A stretch of DNA of 64,000 nucleotides from Isurus oxyrinchus. Lineage: Eukaryota. Positions 51,214-64,000 of the stretch are shown piece after piece. The position numbers and the translations under genes were made by a program. Where the stretch lies: positions 11,098,001 through 11,162,000 of the forward strand of contig JANJGN010000034.1 in assembly GCA_026770705.1 (NCBI GenBank), read 5' to 3'. The notes beneath the pieces were generated by a model. It was given only the letters and a program-made list of their open reading frames with translations, was not told the DNA's origin and searched no databases. Numbering within the stretch: the stretch's first letter is position 1; each line of letters opens with the position of its first letter.

Positions 51214-52387
51214 CTAAATATTAAAGAAGTGATTTGGTTTTCCAGCATCGCATCAATTCAAAATCATCAACTTGACTTGTCGATCAATATTAGTACATGC
51301 ATGATGATTACTTTAAACAATTAAATGTTTTGACTAGAAATACAGATAGTTTAAATGAGTTGCCAGAGACCCATTTCTGGCGACCTCTGATGGACCATTG
51401 CCACAGTCTTGAGAATGGAAGTCTGATTGGCATGGGCAGGGGAGGGGTGAGTCATTGGTAAGTGTCCCGACCCTGTTCAACTGGCCTCACTCAGAACAGC
51501 GAGAGTGTTAAGAAGGAGACGGTTGAGAGTAGCACTGTTTCGATTGAAGAGGTATATTTTTCCCTCTCCCAAGGTGGCCTGACGCATGTTCCAATGGTGT
51601 CATTGACAGCAAGTCAATTGAAATGCAAATAAGCGGCCTGTGGAATGGGCTACTCGTTTAGGAATATAGCTGCAAAGGAACAGAATTAGGTCATTCGGCC
51701 CTTTGAGCCTGCACCACCATTCGATATGATCTGGCTGTGGTATCAACCCCTTTTTCTGTCTGCAACCTCGCCCCATAATCCTTGACTCATTTGCCTATTA
51801 AAACCCTTTCTAAATCATCCTTGAATATATTTAACGACCACTGCTTCCTGGGGGCAAAATTCCACAGATTAACGGCCCCCTGAGATTAAGAAAAAACCCT
51901 CATGTGTTACGACCACAGCTGATGTTAATGCTGAGTAAAACAGATCTCAAATTCAAACCTTTCTTGGCTGATCGTTTTTTCTTTGCTGTAGAAACGAGGG
52001 GGAAAACGTATTGAACACAAAAGCAAGAATTAAAGAATTAAACATGTTCATTAAAAGAAGCAAAAAACACTCAAAGACACAAGATAAATGAGACACAGTA
52101 AGAAAAATCTTACAAAATGACCCCCAAAATGCTTTATCAAAGGTACACAATAAAACTATATTTTGGGCAACAAGCCTTCTAGATTCTTAACCATAAAATC
52201 CAGGAACTAGACCCCAAAATGAGAAATTTAAACAGAAGTGCAAACCACGATTCGCAGAATGAATCCATGTGGATGCGTTTTTTTGTTTCCAAGAGGAAGA
52301 TTTAAAACAAACAGTTTCTCAGGACATAAGACATAACCACAATGCCATCCCTAAGCTCGACATGTCAAATATTGGTGCAGTACTCAC

Positions 52388-52657
52388 CCACCAGCGTCCG
52401 TGTACTCTCTTTCACGCCAATGCCATTTTGGACGGTGCAGGTATATGTCCCACAGTCCCGCTCAGTAAAGTTGCTAATCATGAGGCTCCTGTTGCCCTTT
52501 GATAGGGCATACTTGAAGCTTTCCATCAACCGCTGATTCCCCTTTCGCCACGAAAACTGGGGCAAGCTGCCTTCCTCAACTTGACAAGTCAGCCTCAAGC
52601 TGTGGTGGGCACTGGAATTCCCTTGGTGCACGGCGATGGCGGGATGGGAAACTGGGA
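52388..52657 (-). CDS. CD2/CEACAM/HEPACAM-like receptor, C2-set Ig exon
   Basis: Phase 1-1, 270 bp; VPVSHPAI...LRLTCQVEEGSLPQFSWRK...NRSLMISN..DCGTYTCTVQN. Confidence 0.92.
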
Positions 52658-52949
52658 CTGCAAAGCAAACCGTGTTTTGTTTACAATGACCCAGCTTCAT
52701 CCTTGCCCCCTCTAGAAGGTTTACCCGAGGTGGCCTATCAACCTGCCCTCTCCTTTCCCTCGTGCCTGCATGTAGAACTAAACTATGCAGCAATTCTTCA
52801 CTCACGGTCTTGCAAACCTATTGTTTGCATTCATCAGTCTATGCTTACGAACAGGTAATGCAGTTAAGCTCAACAGTATCTGCAATATTACGGATAGATT
52901 GCTCTGACTGCCTCTCCCTGGTCAATCTCATATTTGTTCCTGCAGTTCA

Positions 52950-53220
52950 TTACTTATTCCTTCACGGGGTATGGGCATCGGTGGCTAGGCTGGCATTTAT
53001 TGCCTATCCCTAATTGCCCCATGAGAAGATAGTGGTGAACGACCTTCCTGAATGGCTGCAGTCCATGTGGTGCAGGTAGACCCGCAGTGCTGTTAGGGAG
53101 GGAGTTCCAGGATTTTCACCTAACGACAATGAAGGAATGGTGATATAATTCCAAGTCAGGATGGTGAGTGGTTTGGAGGAGAACTTCCAGGTGGTGGTTT
53201 CCCCCTGTATCTGCTGCCTT
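52950..53220 (-). mobile_element. LINE 3' end fragment
   Basis: Reverse complement of the 49.3-49.5 kb LINE tail. Confidence 0.75.
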
Positions 53221-54114
53221 TTAGGTTCAATCCATATACACGGTGGAAGCATAAAGCCATTGCCGTTCTTCAGCTGGACCGGCCAGGGAGGTGTTAATTG
53301 CAGAGGGAGAAGGGGGTTTGGGGCGGAGAATAGGCAAATTTGGAGCGGGATCTGTTTCAGCTGAATTCATTATCCCACCCTAACCAACAACTACTACACG
53401 CTTACCACACCTCCCACTAACCCCAACCCTCACTACCTGCCTATCACCAGCTCCCCCAACACCCCCAACTTCCCACCAACAGCTTACTAACACCTCGCCC
53501 CAGGCCACACCTCCCACCCCCACTACCTGCCTATCAGCACCTCCTCCCATCCCCACACCTACCCCTCACTGCCCGCCGGACTATGTACAGAATCTATTTG
53601 GATGGACATTGGATACAGCCCCGCATGGGAGAAGTGCCCAGGGGTCACTGTGCATTCAGGGGTACGGGAAGAATTGAAGTTGCCACAGACGCACTCAGAT
53701 AAGGGCCTGGTGGCAATGCCAGGGGAGGCTCAGTGCCCGCCTCTGGGTCAGATCAAGCTTCTGCAGACTCGTGTGCAAACTTTAGATTGGTCCTGGAGGA
53801 ATACTGCACTGTGGCAGATGTTGCAATTTCAGATGAGGGGCTCAGCTGAGACCTCGCCTGCCTTCTGAGATGGGAAACCCCCTACTGGCCTTGGATAGGA
53901 TTCGGCTCACAGGTTTTTGGATGAACTGAAGTTGAAAGTTTGCCCAAGATGGGAGGCTCCCAGAAAGGCAGTAGGACAGTCGAGTGAACTTTCCTAACAT
54001 GAACATTTATGGCTATGCATGAATCTGTAATTAGATTCGGCACAAGGTAAATATGGTTATGGATTACCGGGCGTGTCGCTCTCCGCCTCACCAACAGGGA
54101 ATAACATCACTTAC

Positions 54115-54426
54115 CGGAGAGGTCTAAATAGATGGATTGTTTTTTGGTCTGACCATCAGCAGCTACTGCTGTTACCAGATAGACCCCGCGGTCTTCCATC
54201 TGCAGGTCTGAAAGCTGGAGGGAACAATCCGGGAAACATGTTACTCTGTTTTGATCTCTGCCGAAGATTTTGCAACCACCACCCTTCTGGCAGCTCAGAA
54301 ATTTTTGTTTGCCCTTGTCCCAAGTGATTCTCCGTATTGGCCCTTCTTTGTGAATGGATAATAGAACAGATTTACCCAGGACTCCGGTCACATGCGTTTC
54401 TCTTACTCTGATGTCGAATTGATCCG
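54115..54426 (-). CDS. CD2/CEACAM/HEPACAM-like receptor, N-terminal V-set exon
   Basis: Phase 1-1, 312 bp; VTGVLGKSVLL..ITW..NRV..SLQLSDLQMEDRGVYLV, lacking the canonical B-F cysteines as in CD2/CEA-family N domains. Confidence 0.92.
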
Positions 54427-54724
54427 CTACACAGAAAGAGAGAGTATGAGAAAATTCAGTGTTTTTTTTGTGGTGGGAGAGCGTCAGGAAAATCACCATC
54501 TTCAATCATTGGTCTCGATTTTCCATTCACAGTAATGCTGAGGTGATCTGCGCACAGGGGTCATTGAAGGATGATTCGGGCAGTGACTGTACCTGTGCAC
54601 TCAACACCGAAATTAGCACTCTGCTGTCCGAGTTGCCCTGACCCCCCCAGGCAATCGGCAGAAGCTCACCATTGAAACACATAAAATGGAATGAAGTTGC
54701 TATGCTCACAGGATACACCCTTTC

Positions 54725-55065
54725 ACTCTATCCCTCCCTCTTTCTCTCTTTGTCTCTCTCTCTCCCTCCATCTTCCTTTCTGTCTCTCGCTCTCTTTCTC
54801 TCTCTTTCCCTCACCACCTTTCTTGCTCTCTCTCTTTCACTCTCTCTCCCTTTTCGCTCACTCTTTCTTCCTTTCTATCTCCCCTCTTCCTCTCTCTCTT
54901 TCTCTCCCCCTTTCTCATTCTCTCTCTCTTCATTTCACTCTCCCTTTCTCTGTCTCTCTTCCCCCATTTCTCCTTTCTCTGCCTGTCCCTCTCCCTCTCT
55001 ATCTCTACTCCGTGCTCTACCCGCTTTCCTGTCTCTCTCTCTCCCTTGCTCTATCTTTCCATTCT
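54725..55065. repeat. CT-rich polypyrimidine low-complexity tract
   Basis: Degenerate (CT)n. Confidence 0.9.
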
Positions 55066-55769
55066 ACTGGGTTAAAACTGCTTTTTGAATTTGATGGCCA
55101 GAAATTTCAGCAGGCTTGTAAAGGGGAACAGGGATAGAGGGGAATACATATTTGAGTAGCGAATTCCAGAGCAAGCGCTCTGCTACAAATACCAGCTTTT
55201 TCCACTTTCAGATCATTGCCCGACCTTCACCCTCACTCAGCTCATCAACATCTGATACTCTCATTCACACCTTTCTGATCTCTGGACTGGATGATTCCAA
55301 CGTCCTCATCTCCCACATTCTACCCTCCATAAGCATGACTTCATCTGAACCCTACCGCACCACAGCCTGTTCACCTATCACCCCCCGTTCTCGCTGCCCT
55401 ACCGCGGTCCCTGGTTAAGCAATGGCTCCATATTGAATTGTCGGTCCATATTTTCCAATCCCTGCATGGCCACATCTCTCTCTCTCTCTCTCTCTGTGCT
55501 CTTCCAGATCCACAACCCTCCGAGATAATTGTGCCCCGCTGTTTCAGCTGCTCCATCGTTCATGGCCAGGCCTTCAGATATCTCGGTCTTAAGGTCTGAA
55601 AGTCGGTCGCTAAATCTCTTCATGATGCATTTCTCCTTTTAGAAAGCCCTGAAAACCTGCCTCCTGGCAACTCAATGAATGCCTCCCGCTGTGGGTCGAG
55701 CCCTATTATATCATTTAACGCTCCCATGAAATGCCTTGGGGCGTTTTATTGCACTAAATGTGTGTTTTG

Positions 55770-56110
55770 TTCTCAATTTATTCTGTCATGGGATGTGGGA
55801 GTCTCTGGCAGGGCCAGCATTTGATGCCCATCCCTATTTGCCTTTCAACTGAGTGGCTTGCCAGGCCATTTCAGAGGGCATATAAGAGTCAATCACATTC
55901 CTGTGGGCCTGGAGTTCCACGTAGGCCAAACCAGACACGGATGGCAGATTTCCTTCCCTAAATGGCATTAACGAACCGGATAGAGTTTTTAAAATGACAA
56001 TTTATGGTCGCTTCATGGTCAACATATTGAGGTGAGTTTTTCAATGTCAGGTTATGAGTTTAATTTAATCCCCAGCAGCTGCTGAAATGGAAATTGAATC
56101 CTTATCCCTT
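55770..56110 (-). mobile_element. tRNA-derived SINE
   Basis: Reverse complement of SINE tail and core (ggcagatttccttccctaaa). Confidence 0.7.
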
Positions 56111-56214
56111 CTTAAACTGTAATGCAAAGAATTGGACAAGATTCCTTAGCTGCGGCCTAGGTGCTGATGTGCGAAGGGTCGGCATGACATTTACTTTTGC
56201 TTCGGTACACACAA

Positions 56215-56640
56215 ACATATGAGTTAGGTGCAGGAGTAGGCCACTCGACCCCTTCGTGCCTGTTCAGTTATTCAGTGAGGTCATGCCAGATCTGATTGTG
56301 GCCTCAATTCCACATTCCCGCCTAGCCCCGAAAACCTTTGACTCCCTTGTTAGTAAAGAATTCACCTAATTCGGCTTTAATAATATTCATTGACTGTGCA
56401 TCCAGCGCTCCCTGGTGAAGAGATCTCGAAAGTCTCATGACCCTCAGAGACAGAAAAATCTCCTAATTTCTATCTTAAAATGGCGACCTCGCATTTTTAA
56501 ACTGCTTCCACTAGTTCTAGTCTCTCCCACAAGAGGAATCATCATTTCAGGAACGACACTGTCAAGCTCCCTCAGTATCTTATATGTTTCAATAAGATCA
56601 CCTTCGCTCTAATCCCCAAAGGATACAGACCATTGCTATC
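56215..56640 (-). mobile_element. CR1 LINE 3' end
   Basis: aggagtaggccactcg...aataagatcacct antisense CR1 tail. Confidence 0.7.
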
Positions 56641-57299
56641 CAATCTTTCTTCGGAAGGTACTCTATGGTACTCGAAGTACCAATTATAAAGCCCGGGATT
56701 GTATCGTGTGTAAACACCCTTATCACCTTTTCCGGCCACATTCTCAGATGTACAAGTGTGACAGACACAGCTCCTTTGCTGAGTTGGGCTAAATAAAGTG
56801 AAGCGCTAAATATTGCAGTAATGAAATTGTGAACGTCCTTACTATGCGTTCTGCTTTTCATTGTCTAAATGAAGGAGCAGCATGTTGAACCGTAGAATTC
56901 GCAGTTGTCTTATGCTAATATGCGGTATCTTTGTGAGCTTGCTAAGATGTTCCACTGCATAACTCTGTGGTTTAAGGGCACAACTTCCTGTGGACAGCTC
57001 AAGGCGCCTGAAAAGGCCCCTTGATTCTGCCCCATTACATTGTTGACGTCTTTTGCGGTGGGATATGTCACATCTGCCACCGCCTTAGGGTCAAATACAC
57101 ACGCGAGAAGGCGGTTCAGGCACCATTCTGGAAAAAAAAAATCGCCAATCGCTCGCTCTCATCTTTCTCTCGCACAACCACTCACTATACCGTTAAAATC
57201 TCGATTAATATTTAAATTATATGATTCCGTGATATGTATAAAAGATTTAGCGAAAGCCCAAATGAAACTAATACCACGGGGATACGAATTGGGAGTAGA

Positions 57300-57680
57300 A
57301 GTTAGACAGGCGATGACCTACTGGTAATGTCACAAGAAATGTAATCTAGAAAAACCGGGTTAATGCTCTGGGGGCACGTGTTCGAATCCCACCACAGCAG
57401 CCGCTGGAATTTCAGATTAGTTCATAATCTGCAGTAATGGTGACCATGGAAGCGTCATCGATGGTCTTTAAAACCCATCATGTTCACGGAGACCCTTTAG
57501 GGAAAGAAATCGGGCGCCCTTACTTGGCCTAGCCAACCTATGTGACTCCAGACCCACAGCAATGTGGTTGACTCTGAATCGCCCTCTGAAATAGCCTAGC
57601 AGGCCACTCAGTTGTTGAAGAGCAGTTAGGGATGGCTAACAAATGCCTGTTCATGTCACAAAAGAACACATTTAAAAAAT
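57300..57680 (+). mobile_element. tRNA-derived SINE (followed by an antisense CR1 3' fragment to about 58110)
   Basis: gttcgaatcccacc box B; tgtgactccagacccacagcaatgtgg core. Confidence 0.8.
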
Positions 57681-58369
57681 AAGCCATTCGGCCCCGGCGG
57701 GCTTGCCTCAACAATTGGTAAGATCATTTCTGGTCTGATTGCGTCTCAATTCTACTTTCCTGTCTATCCCCCGTGCCCCGTAACTCCCTTGTAAATCAAG
57801 GATCAGTTTTTAAAATATTCAATAACTCAGCCTCCAAGACTCTCTGGGGAAACTAATTCCACATACAAATTAAATTCTCGTTATCTCCGTCATACATGGG
57901 GGATCCGTAACGAATTTCTGTCCGCTCTCTCTAGTCTCTCCCTCAAGGATAAACATCCTCCCCGCACCTACCTTGTCAAATACCCTCGGGTTCTGTATAT
58001 GTTTCTGCAAGGTCACCTCTCACTCTTCTGAACTGCAATGGATACAGGTCCAGCCTTTTCTCTTGAGAAAACCCCTCATCCCCAGATTCAGCTGAGTGAA
58101 CCGTCTCTGAAATATATCACCGGCCAGAAATGCTACCCCCGTTCTTTCGAGTTGCATTGATTCCGCTGCGAAATGGCGAGTTTCAACTTGGGCATGTTCC
58201 CCTCGGTAAAATGCCAAGCAGCTTCATACCAGAGTAAATAATCAAACAATTGTGGTCGCGACTGTATAATTCGTTTAGGCTTCGTGTGGCAATTCAAAAT
58301 GGTTTGTTGGACATTGACTATGAGCACCAACTTCTCCCTGTGAAAGGTAGATGACACGATATATCTTAC

Positions 58370-58433
58370 CACTAAGAACTACTTGGCACAGCAGCATCTT
58401 GCAAAGCAGGGTGGCTTTCCCCGACATTAACAT
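58370..58433 (-). CDS. CD2/CEACAM/HEPACAM-like receptor, signal-peptide exon (full model 273 aa)
   Basis: MLMSGKATLLCKMLLCQVVLS with a phase-1 gtaaga donor, in frame with the V exon. Confidence 0.7.
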
Positions 58434-58729
58434 CGCTTCCGTCTTGATCCAGTGAAAATGCAGTCAATGTGGACTGCTCGCAGCCTCTGCAGTTGGGTGA
58501 GCGCAGCGGTGCCTGTCCTTGTGAGAATTGCAGCCACCAGCTGCATGCATCAAGCAGGTTGCCATAGAAACTTGCAACCACGAACCAGTAAGCACCAGAA
58601 GGGACGTTTCCGTTGTCATCGCATCTAGGTCAGTTTCATTTCTATGAACGTCTAACGCATAAACTGACACACAAATCTAAAGCCTTAAAATATATTGAAT
58701 TGTCCAATTAGCACAAAATTATCACATGA

Positions 58730-61700
58730 TTTTCTGTGTGGCTGTGCCGGGGCAGTGTGAGTTTCTGTACTGGGTGTGTGAGACTCTGTACTGGGGCTGC
58801 GTGTATTTCTGTACTGGGGCTGTGTGACTTTCTGTGCTGGGACTATGTGAGTTTCTGCCTGATGATTGAGAGCACTTTAGAATTCAGCGAAGGAGGGCCA
58901 AGGGATTGATTAAGAAGGGGAAAATAGAGTACAATAGTAAGCTTGCGTTGAACATAAAAACTGACTGCAAAAGTTTCTATAGGCGTGTGAAAAGAAAAAA
59001 GATTGATGAAAACAAATGTATGTCCCTTTCAGTCAGAAATAGCGGAATTTATAATGGGGAACAAAGAAATGGCTGACCAACGATATACATACTTTGGTTC
59101 TGTCCTCACAAAGGACGACACAAATAACCTACCGGAAATGTTGGGGGACACTAGGTACAGTGAGAGGGAGGAACTGAAAGATATCAGTATTGGTAGGGAA
59201 ATGGTGATGGAAAAATTGATGGGGTTTAATCTGATAAATCCCCAGGGTCTGATAATCTACATCCCAGGGTACTTACGTAAGTGGCTCTAGAAATAGTGGG
59301 TGCCTTGGTGGTCATCTTCCGTGATCTATAGTCTCTGGAACAATCCTACAGATTGGAGGGTAGCTAATGTAACCTCACTATTGAAAAAGGGAGGTAGAGA
59401 GAAAACAGGGAATGGTAGACCAGTTAGCCTGACGTCGGTAATGGGGAAAATTCTACAGTCCATTATACAATATTTAACAACTGAGCTCGTGGAAAACAGT
59501 GACAGAATCGGATAGAGTCAGCATAAGTCTATTAAAGGGAAATCATCCTTGACAAATCCACTGGAATTTTTCGAGAATGTAACCGTAGAGTTGATGAGGG
59601 GAAGCCAGTGGATGTGGTTTATTTGGACTTTCAGAAGGCTTTCGACAAAATCCCACATTAGAGATTGCCGTGCAAAATTAAAGCAGATGGGATTGGGGGT
59701 AGTGTATTGAGATGGATAGGAAACTGGTTGGCAGACAGGAAACAAAGAGTGGGAATAAACAGATCTTTTTCCGAATGGCAGGCATTTGACTAGTGAGGTG
59801 CCTCAGGGGTCAGTGCTGGGACCCCATCTATTCACAATATAAATTAATGATTTAGATGAGGGAACTAAATGTAATATCTCTAAATTTGCAGATGACATTA
59901 AGCTGGATGGGAGGGTGAGCTGTGAGGACAATGCTGAGATGCTTCAGTGTGATTTGGACGAGCTGAGTGAGTGGGCAAATGAATGGCAGATGCAGTGGAA
60001 TGTGGATAAATTTGAGGTTATCCACTTTGTTAGCAATAACAGGAAGGCAGATTATTATCTGAATGGTTATAAATTGAGAGAGGGGAATGTGCAGCAAGAC
60101 CTGCGTGTCCTCGTACACCAGTCACTGAAGCTGAACATCCAGATGCAGCAGGCGGTAACGACGGCAAATGGTATGTTGGCCTTCATAGTAAGAGGGTTCG
60201 AGTACAGGAGCAGGGATATCTTGCAGCAATTATCCAGGGCCTTGGTGAGACCGCACGTGGAATATTGTGTGCAGTTTTGATCTCCTTATCTGCGGAAGGA
60301 TGTTCTTGCAGAGTGCAGCAAAGGTTTACCAGACTGATTCTTTGGTTGGCAGGATTGACATATGAGGAAGGATTGCGTCGGTTAGGATTATATTTGTTGG
60401 AGTTCAACACCATACGAGTTTCTGTTCTGGGGCTGTGTGAGTTTCTGTGGTGGGACTGTGTGAGTGTCTGTTCTGTGACTGCCTGTGTTTCTGTGTTGGA
60501 ACTGTATGAGTTTCACTGCAGTGACTGCATAGTTTCTGTAATGGAAATGTGAGCGTTACTGAGCTGGGGTTGTGTGAGTTTCTGTGCTGGGACTTTTTAG
60601 ATTCCTCTGCTGGGAAACTGTGAGTTTCTGTGATGGGACTGTTTGAGTTTCTCTGCTGGGGCTGTGAGAGTTTCTGTGCTGGGACTGTGCGACTTATTGT
60701 GATTTTCTGTGCTGGAACTGCCTGAGTTTCTGCTTTGAGACTGTGAGTTTCTGTGCTGGGACTCTGTCAGGTTCTGTTCTAGCACTACGTGATTTTCTGT
60801 TTGGGGCTGTGTGAGTTTCTGTGCTGGGACTGTGTTAGTATCTGTTCTGGGACTGTGTTAATGTCTGTTCTGGGACTGCGTGTGTTTCTGTGCTGGATCT
60901 GTGTGAGTTTCTGTGCAGGAACTGTATGAGTTTCAGTGCAGTCACTGCATAGTTTCTGTAATGGAAATGTGAGAGTTACTGAGCTGGGGCTGTGTGAGTT
61001 TCTGTACTGGGACTTTATGGATTACTCTGCTGGGAAACTGTGAGTTTCTGTGGTGGGACTGTGTGAGTTTCTCTGCTGGGGCTGTGAGACTTTCTGTACT
61101 GGGACTGTGCGACCTATTGCGTTATAACTTTCTGTGCTAGGACTGTGTGAGTTTCTGTGCTGGAATTGTGTGAGCTTCTGCTCTGGGGGTCTATCAAGTT
61201 CCGTTCTAGCACTATGCAAGTTTCTTTTCTGGGGCTGTATGAATTACTGTTCTGGGATTGCATGAGTTTTTATCTGAGACTGTGAGTTTCTGTGCTGGGA
61301 CTGTTTGAGCTTCTGAGCTGGGACTATGTGGATTTCTGTGCTGGGAATCTGTTAGTTACAGTGCTGGGATTGTGTGAGTTTCTATGCTGGGGCTCTGTCA
61401 GGATCTGTTGCAGCACTATGCGACTTTCTGTTCTGGGGCTGTGTGACTTTCTGTGTTGGGACTGTGTGAGTGTCTGTTCTGGGACTGTGTGTGTTGCTGT
61501 GCTGTAACTGTGTGAGTTTCTGTGCAGGGACTGTATGAGTTTCAGTGGAGTAACTGCATAATTTCTGAATTGGAAATGTGAGAGTTATTGAGCTGGGACA
61601 TGTGTGAGTCTGCGCTGGGACTGTGCGGATTTCTGCACTGGGAAAGTGTATTTCTGTGCTGGGACTGTGTAAGTTATTGCGTTGTGACTTTGTCAATTGC

Positions 61701-64000
61701 TGTGCTGGGAATGTGTGAGTCTCTGTGTTGGGAATATATGAGTTTCTGTATTAAGGATGCATGGTTCTCTTTGCTTGGAATGGGTGAGTTTAACCTCTTG
61801 GACTGTGGGACTTTCTGTGAGGAGGCTGTGTGCGTTTCTGTGCTGGGACTGTTTGGTTTTCTGAGCTGGGATTTTGTGGATTTCTGTGCTGGGAATCTGT
61901 GAGTTTCTGTGGCGGGACTGTGTGAGTTTCTGTGCTGGGACCCTGTCCCCTTCTGTTCGAGCACTATGCGAGTTGCTGTTCTGGAGCTGTGTAAGTTACT
62001 GCGCTGGGACTGTTTAAGTATCGGTGCAGTGACTGCATAGTTTATGTACTGGCAATTTGAGAGTTACTGTGCTGGGGCTGAGTGAGTTTCTGCGCTGGGA
62101 CTTTGCGGATTCCTGTGCTGCGAATCTGTGAGGTTCTGTGCTGGGACTGTGTGCGTTTATGTACTGGGGCCGGATGAGTTCTGTGCTGGCAATTTGTGAG
62201 TTTCTGTGCTTGACTGCGTGAGTTTCTGTGCTGGGATTTTGTGTATTTCTGTGCTGGGAATCTCTAACTTTCTGTAGTGGGACTGTGTGAGTTTCTGTGC
62301 TGGGACTGGGTGAGTTTCACTGCTGGGACTGTGTGAGTTTCTGTGCTGGGACTGTGTGAGTTTCTGTGCTTGGACGGGGTGGGTCTATGTGCTGGGACTC
62401 TTTGAGTTTCTGAGCTGTGACTTTCTGGATATCTGTGCTGGGAATCTGTGAGTTTCTGCCCTGAGGCAGTGTGACTTTCCGTTCTGGGGCTATGTGAGTT
62501 TCTCTGCTGGGACTCTGTCAGTTTCTGTTCTAGGACAATGCTATTTTCTGTTCAGGGACTGTGTGATTTTCTGTGATGGGACTGCATCGTTTCTGTTCTG
62601 ACAATGTATGAGTTACTGTGCAGGATCTATGTGAGTTACTGTCCTGGGACTGCGTGAGTTTCTGAGCTGTGACTTTCCGGATCTCTGTGCTGGGAATCTC
62701 TGAGTTTCTGTAGTGGGACTTTGTGAGTTTCTGTGCTGGGACTGCATATATTATTGTCTGAGATTGTGTGAGTTTCTGTGCTGGAACTCGTTGTGTTTCT
62801 GAGCTGGGACTTTCTGGATTTCTGTGCTGGGAATCTGCCCTGAGACGGTGTGACTTTCTGTTCTGGGTCTGTGTGAGTTTCTGTGCTGGGTCTGTGTGAG
62901 TTTCTGTGATGGGACTGTGTGAGGTTATGTGCTAGGATTCTGTCAGGTTCTGTTCTAACACAATGCGAGTTTCTGTTCTGGGGCTTTGTGAATTTCTGTG
63001 CTGGGACTATGTCAGTTTCTGTGCTGGAACTGTGTGAGTTTCTCTGCTGTAACTGCTTAGTTTATGTACTGGAAATTTGAGAGCTACTGTGCTGGGGCTG
63101 TGTGAGATTCTGTGCTGGGACATTTTGGATTCCTGTGCTGGGAATCTGTGAAGTTCTGTGCTGGGACAATGTCAGGTTCTGTTCTAGTGTTATGCGAATT
63201 TCTCTTCTCGGGCTGTGTGAATTTCCATGCTGGGATTATTTGAGTTTCTGTGCTGGGACTGTTTGAGATGCTGAGATGGGACTTTGTGGATTTCTGTACT
63301 GGGAATCTGTGAGTTTCTGTGCGGTGACTGTGTTAGTTTCTGTGCTGGGACTCTGTCAGTTTCTGTACTGGAAATGTGTGAGTTACTGTGATGTGACTAT
63401 ATGAGTTCCTGTGCTGGGACTGCATAGTTTCTGTACTGGCAATTTGAGAGTTTCTGTGCTGGGACTGTGTGAGTTTCTGTGCTGGGACTATGTCAGGTTG
63501 TGTTTTACCACTATGCGAGTTTCTCTTCTGAGGCTGTTTGAATTTCTGTGCAGGGACTGTGTGAGTTTCAGCGCTGGGACAGCTGGAGTTTCTGAGCTGG
63601 GACTTTGTGGATTTCTGTGCTGGGAATCTGTGAGTTTCTGGTCTGGGGCTATGTGAATTTCTGTGGTGGAACTATATGAGTTTCTATGCTGGAACTGCGT
63701 GAGTTTCTGTGCTGGAATTGTGTGAGAATCTGTGCTGGGACTGTTTGAGTTCCTGTGCTGGGATTCTGTCAGAGTCTGTTCTAGAACTATGCGAGTTTCT
63801 TTTCTGGGGCTGTGTGCAATTTTGTGCTGGGACTATGTCGGTTTCTGTGCTGAGGCTGTTGGAGTTTCTCTGCTGTGTCTGCATATTTTCTGTACTGGCA
63901 ATTTGACAGCTTCTGTGCTGGGACTGTTTGAGCTTTAGTGCTGGGACAGCTTGAGTTTCTGAGCTGGGACTTTGTGGATATCTGTGCTGGGAATCTGTGA
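58730..64000 (+). repeat. 23-bp satellite array, degenerate, with higher-order repeats; interrupted by CR1
   Basis: gtgtgagtttctgtgctgggact units at 58730-58860 and 60412-64000. Confidence 0.95.
58861..60410 (+). mobile_element. CR1 LINE ORF2 internal fragment inside the satellite
   Basis: DWRVANVT.L.KKG.RE..GN.RPVSLTS, VYLDFQKAFD, KFADD and VRPHVEYCVQF; both ends truncated. Confidence 0.9.

Noticed and set aside
54672-55137. Leu/Ser/Phe-rich ORFs
   Set aside because: Translation of the CT-rich low-complexity tract
56598-56861. Alternative signal-peptide exon MKSRTHSKDVHNFITAIFSASLYLAQLSKG
   Set aside because: No phase-1 GT donor after the hydrophobic stretch; 58370-58433 fits better

Overview
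Vertebrate genomic DNA, most likely from a cartilaginous fish (inferred from CR1/L2 LINEs, tRNA-SINEs, DeuSINE-like and Penelope elements, and a GPR139-like GPCR family). Three gene neighbourhoods are visible. (1) 1-23.5 kb is an old inverted segmental duplication. Its 7.1-kb central spacer holds the ectodomain exons of a decayed Siglec/MAG-like gene on the + strand. The matching TM and ITIM/ITSM-type tail exons lie on the - strand in the left arm and are deleted from the right arm. (2) 24.3-39.6 kb holds one intact two-exon GPR139-like class A GPCR followed by two pseudogenised copies of exon 2. (3) 50.5-58.4 kb holds an apparently intact - strand V+C2 CD2/CEACAM/HEPACAM-like Ig receptor. A 23-bp satellite forms three arrays (0.35-2.8, 21.9-23.2 and 58.7-64 kb) and explains the long repetitive ORFs. 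A Penelope-like element with inverted ends, a 14-bp TSD and minimal hammerhead-ribozyme cores sits at 42.4-45.7 kb. All alignments and identities were judged by eye, and TE boundaries are approximate.
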